From NCBI GenBank assembly GCA_015231995.1, contig JADGAO010000008.1:1-28695 (forward strand): 28,695 nt of DNA. The letters run 5' to 3'. The notes below the pieces were generated by a model. That model ran no database searches. It was not told the DNA's origin and worked only from the letters and a program-made list of their open reading frames with translations. Source of the DNA: Nitrospinota bacterium (GTDB lineage: Bacteria; Nitrospinota_A; UBA7883; JACRLM01). How positions within the stretch are numbered: the first letter of the stretch is position 1; every line of letters starts with the position of its first letter. This document shows, one piece after another, positions 25,072-28,695 of this stretch. A program made the translations under genes and the position numbers.

Positions 25072-25698
25072 TTAGGAAAGCCCGACGGCTCTGGCGGTGA
25101 AGTTGCGAAGGACGGCAAGGCCCGCCTGCTGGCTTTTTTCCGGGTGGAACTGGACGGCGAACACCGAGCCGCGTTCCACAGCCGAAGCGAAGGGCACGCC
25201 ATACTCCGTGGAGGCGACGGCGATATCCTCCTCCGGTTTGGGATAGTAGGAGTGGACGAAATAAAAATCCGACCCGTCGGCCACGCCGTCGAAGAGCTTT
25301 CCGCTTTTCGTGTAACGAACCTGGTTCCAGCCCATGTGCGGCACCTTAAGTCCGGCTTCTCGCGGTGGCGTAAACTTCAGGCATTGCCCTTTGAACACGC
25401 CAAGCCCCGTTACTCCCGGCGATTCCTCGCTACCCTCGAACAGTATCTGGTATCCGACACATATGCCGAGGAACGGCCTGCCGGAGGCGATGAAATCCTT
25501 CACCGCGCCCACAAGCCCGAATTTTTCCAGATGCGCCATACATTCGCCGAACGCGCCGACTCCGGGTAAAACCAGAGCCTCCGCGTTCACAACGTCTTCA
25601 GGACTGCGCGAAACGACGGCCTTCGCCCCGATTTTCTCGAACGCTTTCTGGACGGAGCGAAGATTGCCCGCGTCGTAATCAACGATGACTATCGGCAT
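25072..25698 (-). CDS. hisH: Imidazole glycerol phosphate synthase, glutamine amidotransferase subunit
   Basis: 208 aa; 'MPIVIVDYDAGNLRSVQKAFEKIG..LPGVGAFG..GICVGYQIL' (catalytic Cys in 'GICVG'); 'HSYY' and 'QFHPEKS'. Confidence 0.92.
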   Translation of the reverse strand: MPIVIVDYDAGNLRSVQKAFEKIGAKAVVSRSPEDVVNAEALVLPGVGAFGECMAHLEKFGLVGAVKDFIASGRPFLGICVGYQILFEGSEESPGVTGLGVFKGQCLKFTPPREAGLKVPHMGWNQVRYTKSGKLFDGVADGSDFYFVHSYYPKPEEDIAVASTEYGVPFASAVERGSVFAVQFHPEKSQQAGLAVLRNFTARAVGLS

Positions 25699-25710
25699 AC
25701 AGAAGCCCGA

Positions 25711-26301
25711 TTACAGAGCGCCTTTGGTGGACGGAACCGCCCCGGCGAGCCTTGGGTCGATCCTCACAGCGTCGCCAAGCGCTCGCGCAAGAGCCTTGAA
25801 GATCGCCTCTATCACATGATGCAGGTTCGTGCCTCTGCGGACGGTGATGTGGAGCGTAAGCCCTGCGGCGTTGACGAGGGCGCGGAGGAACTCCTCGGCA
25901 AGCTCCGAGTCGAACTCTCCAACCTTGCTCTTCGGCAAATCCGCATCGAACACCATGAACGGCCTGCCGGATATGTCCAGGCTCACGTCCACAAGGGCTT
26001 CGTTCATCGGGATGGAGGCGAAGCCGTAGCGTGTCATGCCGCTCTTGTCGCCGAAGGCTTTCGTAAGGGCCTGCCCAAGCGACAGCCCGACGTCCTCCAC
26101 TGTGTGATGGCCGTCTATCTCAAGATCGCCTTTGGCGTCCACCATCATGTCTATCAGAGAGTGGCGCGAGAGATGGTCGAGCATGTGGGCGAAAAATGGA
26201 ATCCCTGCGTTTATCCGGCTCTGCCCGGAGCCGTCGAGGTTTACTTCAACGGTTATGTCTGTCTCTTTTGTTTTGCGTGTTACGCTTGCGGTTCGTGGCA
26301 T
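25711..26301 (-). CDS. hisB: Imidazoleglycerol-phosphate dehydratase
   Basis: 196 aa; 'RKTKETDITVEVNLDGSG..GIPFFAHMLDHLSRHS..DGHHTVEDVGLSLGQAL' gives canonical IGPD motifs. Confidence 0.92.
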   Translation of the reverse strand: MPRTASVTRKTKETDITVEVNLDGSGQSRINAGIPFFAHMLDHLSRHSLIDMMVDAKGDLEIDGHHTVEDVGLSLGQALTKAFGDKSGMTRYGFASIPMNEALVDVSLDISGRPFMVFDADLPKSKVGEFDSELAEEFLRALVNAAGLTLHITVRRGTNLHHVIEAIFKALARALGDAVRIDPRLAGAVPSTKGAL

Positions 26302-26374
26302 CGCTTTTGGCCGTCTCAGGTTAAATTTCCCTTAATATATCATATGGAGGACTTTGCATAATCTATCGCATTCG

Positions 26375-26435
26375 CAATATTGTCATTCTGAGGCGAAGCC
26401 GAAGAATCCATCTAAAAAACAATTTGTTCTACCCG
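26375..26435. repeat. Half-unit of repeat family A
   Basis: 'cattctgaggcgaagccgaagaatccatctaaaaaacaatttgttctac' is near-identical to 1660-1710. Confidence 0.5.
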
Positions 26436-26443
26436 GTTCATCT

Positions 26444-27181
26444 TCACTCCCTCACCTTGACGACCCTGGCTGGCGACCCGACGGCCACAACCCTCTGCGG
26501 CAGGCTTGCGGTGACAATCGCCCCGGCCCCGATTACCGCGCTCTCGCCGATATTAACGCCGTCCAACACAGTGACCTTTGCGCCAAGCCAGCAGTCGTTG
26601 GCTATCTCTATCCCTTCGCTCGTCCATCCCTGGTCGAGGATCGCCTCGTCCACATCGTCGAAGTTGTGCCTCGTGGCGAACAGGGAGACGTAAGGGCCAA
26701 GTAAAGACTTCTCCCCTATCACTATCCTGGAGTTGGAGGAGATGTTGCAGTAGGTGGAGATGTTGGCGTAGTCCTTGAGGATGATGTCGCCTTCCTTGCA
26801 ACTGAAAATCGTGCCACGCCCCACATAGCAGTTTTCGCCGATTATTATCCCTGTGTTGTCGGAGCCTTTGGCGTCCAGCAAAACGCCGTCGTCAATGATG
26901 GAGCCGTTCCCGATTTCTATTTTCAGCGGGTGGCGAAGCGACACATCCATTCCGAAGACCACGCCGCGTCCAACCCTGCCGATGATCATGGGATAAAAAA
27001 TCTTCCGCAACACTATTCCCAACGCGCCGGGTATCCGGGAAAAAAGGAGGATGACAAGTTCGAACTTTATCAGAAACCAGATGGAGCGCGTTCCCAATAT
27101 GAGATCCTGATACTGCTCAAGCCTCGATTTGCCCTTCCCGCCGTACTCGTGCTGAATCTGGATGTTTATCTTATCGCTCAT
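26444..27181 (-). CDS. Hexapeptide-repeat (left-handed beta-helix) acetyl/acyltransferase, WcaF/NeuD-like
   Basis: 245 aa. Repeated [LIV]G-x4 hexapeptides ('IGNGSIIDDGVLLDAKG..IIIGENCYVGRGTIF..IGEKSLLGPYVSL..IANDCWLGAKVTVLDGVNIGESAVIGAGAIV'). N-terminal hydrophobic segment. Confidence 0.7.
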   Translation of the reverse strand: MSDKINIQIQHEYGGKGKSRLEQYQDLILGTRSIWFLIKFELVILLFSRIPGALGIVLRKIFYPMIIGRVGRGVVFGMDVSLRHPLKIEIGNGSIIDDGVLLDAKGSDNTGIIIGENCYVGRGTIFSCKEGDIILKDYANISTYCNISSNSRIVIGEKSLLGPYVSLFATRHNFDDVDEAILDQGWTSEGIEIANDCWLGAKVTVLDGVNIGESAVIGAGAIVTASLPQRVVAVGSPARVVKVRE

Positions 27182-27210
27182 GATACTCGCCTGTTCTGAA
27201 TAGCCGTATA

Positions 27211-27243
27211 AAATCTGTAGGGGCGACCCGGTGGGTCGCCCCT
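27211..27243. repeat. Perfect 13-bp-stem hairpin (family C) between divergent genes
   Basis: 'gtaggggcgaccc ggt gggtcgcccctac'. No T-tract on either side, so it is not a canonical terminator. A degenerate copy lies at 21058-21090. Confidence 0.4.
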
Positions 27244-27389
27244 ACAATATGCAAAACTCCATCATAAATCCCAATCAGCCGCGTCCCGTATTAAGTTAAA
27301 ATGTATAATACGTCAAAATGCGGTCTTGTTGAAAATCAGGATAGTTTAAGCTGGTTTTGTTTGTCCATACCGGCATTTGTGGAGCGATG

Positions 27390-28695
27390 ATGTCTAAGAC
27401 ATATCTTGACGCGGAAACCTTCCGCGATCTTTTCACCGCCGGCGCCAGACGGGTCAATGAATCCAGAGAGTACCTCAACAGCATAAACGTTTTCCCCGTT
27501 CCCGACGGCGACACAGGCTCCAACATGGCCGATACGCTCACCAACGCCGCCAACGCGCTGGCCTCATCCGATTGCGCTACCCTCGATGAGACCCTTGCGA
27601 CGTTATCGAAAAAACTGCGGATGGAGGCTAAGGGCAATTCCGGCATAATACTCTCCGAGTTCTTCCACGGCATGTTTCTCAAACTCAAGGAAGCACGCGC
27701 CATCCATCCCGAACGGTTCATAGACGCCGTCAACCACGGCAAGGAAGCCGCCTACGCCGCCCTTGCCGAACCGAGGGAAGGCACCATGCTCACCGCCATC
27801 CGCAAGTCCGCCGAAAAACTAAGGGACGTCCACCCGAAAATAGAAGACATGAAAATAGCCGTCGAAACGTTGGTGGACAGCGCCCGGACAGCCGTCAAAG
27901 AGACTACGGCCCAGTTGAGCGTGTTAAAAGAGAGCCATGTTGTTGATTCCGGCGCGCACGGGTTCCTGCTCTTCTGGGAGGGCGCCTTGGGATACCTCAA
28001 AGGCGAAATAAAAAGCGTCGTTATCGAGCCGGTCAAGCGTGTGTTCACAAGGGCCAAAGCGGAGAGTATATCCGTCCGTTATTGCGTCGAGGGCCTTGTC
28101 ACCGGCGAAGGTTTCGACCGCAAGGCAATCGGCGGGAAACTTTCGTCAATGGGCGAGTCCCTGATAGTCACAAGCGACGGGAACATGCTCAAAGTCCACA
28201 TCCACACGAACGACCCGAAGGCTGTCTTCGAATATCTCGGACAGTTCGGGACGTTGATAAAGACCAAAGTGGACGACATGATGGATCAGAGCATGACCAA
28301 AGCCGCTCTGGCCAGAAGGCCAGTGATGATCGTGACGGATTCCACGTGCGATCTGGAACTGGCGCTCATGGAGCGGAACGACATCGAGATGGCCCCGTTG
28401 CAGGTCATGTTCGGAGAGGAGACTTTCCGCGACCGAATAGACCTCACCGCCGACGAGTTCTACCACAGGCTCAAAACGTCGGAGACGATCCCGCACACAA
28501 GTCTTCCGCAGGGTTCAGCGTTTCTGGAGGCGTTCGAGCATCACGCCCCGCGTTGCGACAAGATTCTGGGAATCTACATTTCAAGCGCCCTTTCCGGCAC
28601 ATGGCAGGCGGGACGAAAATGGGGAGAGGAGTTTGAAAGCGGCAAGACCATCGCGTACGACTCCAGACAGGCGTCGCTCGGAATGGGGTTGATGA
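27390..28695 (+). CDS. DAK2-domain / DegV-domain fusion protein (YloV-like), 3'-truncated by window end
   Basis: Absent from the ORF track because it runs off the window. Translating from ATG 27390 (RBS GGAG at 27381-27384) gives an open frame to 28695. 'VFPVPDGDTGSNMADTL' is the DhaL/DAK2 motif; 'MIVTDSTCDL' is the DegV motif. Confidence 0.8.
   Translation, partial: MSKTYLDAETFRDLFTAGARRVNESREYLNSINVFPVPDGDTGSNMADTLTNAANALASSDCATLDETLATLSKKLRMEAKGNSGIILSEFFHGMFLKLKEARAIHPERFIDAVNHGKEAAYAALAEPREGTMLTAIRKSAEKLRDVHPKIEDMKIAVETLVDSARTAVKETTAQLSVLKESHVVDSGAHGFLLFWEGALGYLKGEIKSVVIEPVKRVFTRAKAESISVRYCVEGLVTGEGFDRKAIGGKLSSMGESLIVTSDGNMLKVHIHTNDPKAVFEYLGQFGTLIKTKVDDMMDQSMTKAALARRPVMIVTDSTCDLELALMERNDIEMAPLQVMFGEETFRDRIDLTADEFYHRLKTSETIPHTSLPQGSAFLEAFEHHAPRCDKILGIYISSALSGTWQAGRKWGEEFESGKTIAYDSRQASLGMGLM

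Noticed and set aside
24204-25100. 298-aa plus-strand ORF opposite the LpxL-family gene
   Set aside because: It is an antisense shadow with no motifs.
1-28695. tRNA, rRNA or tmRNA genes
   Set aside because: Scanning both strands for T-arm (GTTCGA/TTCGAAT-like) and anticodon-stem patterns and for rRNA-like conserved blocks found nothing. I found no supportable RNA gene. A covariance-model scan (tRNAscan-SE/Infernal) would be definitive.

Overview
GC-rich (~60% by eye) chromosomal window from a Gram-negative bacterium; LPS core and lipid A genes and a BamD-like lipoprotein are present. Housekeeping genes, all on the minus strand, are gyrA, serS, hisB, hisH, a DppD/OppD-type ABC ATPase, a heptosyltransferase, an LpxL-family acyltransferase, a hexapeptide acetyltransferase and a long-form class II FBA-family aldolase. 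On the plus strand are an aquaporin-like channel, an HtrA-like protease and a 3'-truncated DAK2/DegV fusion gene. The centrepiece is a ~8.5 kb minus-strand bacterial microcompartment (BMC) locus at 2633-11153. It encodes an RpiR-type regulator, two BMC-T shell proteins (one CcmP/CsoS1D-like, one PduT-like), one BMC-H and three BMC-P vertex proteins. Its enzymes are a CoA-acylating-type aldehyde dehydrogenase with an N-terminal encapsulation peptide, a PduS/RnfC-like Fe-S flavoprotein, and a class II (FucA-like) aldolase with a C-terminal Cys cluster and encapsulation-peptide-like tail. No PduL-type phosphotransacylase or alcohol dehydrogenase is present in the window. From memory the shell proteins resemble the Haliangium ochraceum-type (HO) aldolase/aldehyde-dehydrogenase metabolosome of unknown substrate. 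A ~1.2 kb low-GC (~40%) segment carrying a DUF3800-like gene sits inside this operon. Its start overlaps the stop of the PduS-like gene (ATGA), and the surrounding ~3 kb is bracketed by an inverted pair of ~190 bp GC-rich hairpin elements. At least three dispersed repeat families are packed into the window. A ~100 bp imperfect-palindrome MITE-like element occurs at seven or more loci in both orientations. Two tandem paralogous lipoproteins are also present, one of which carries a CxxCH haem-c motif that the other has lost. No tRNA, rRNA or CRISPR array was recognised.
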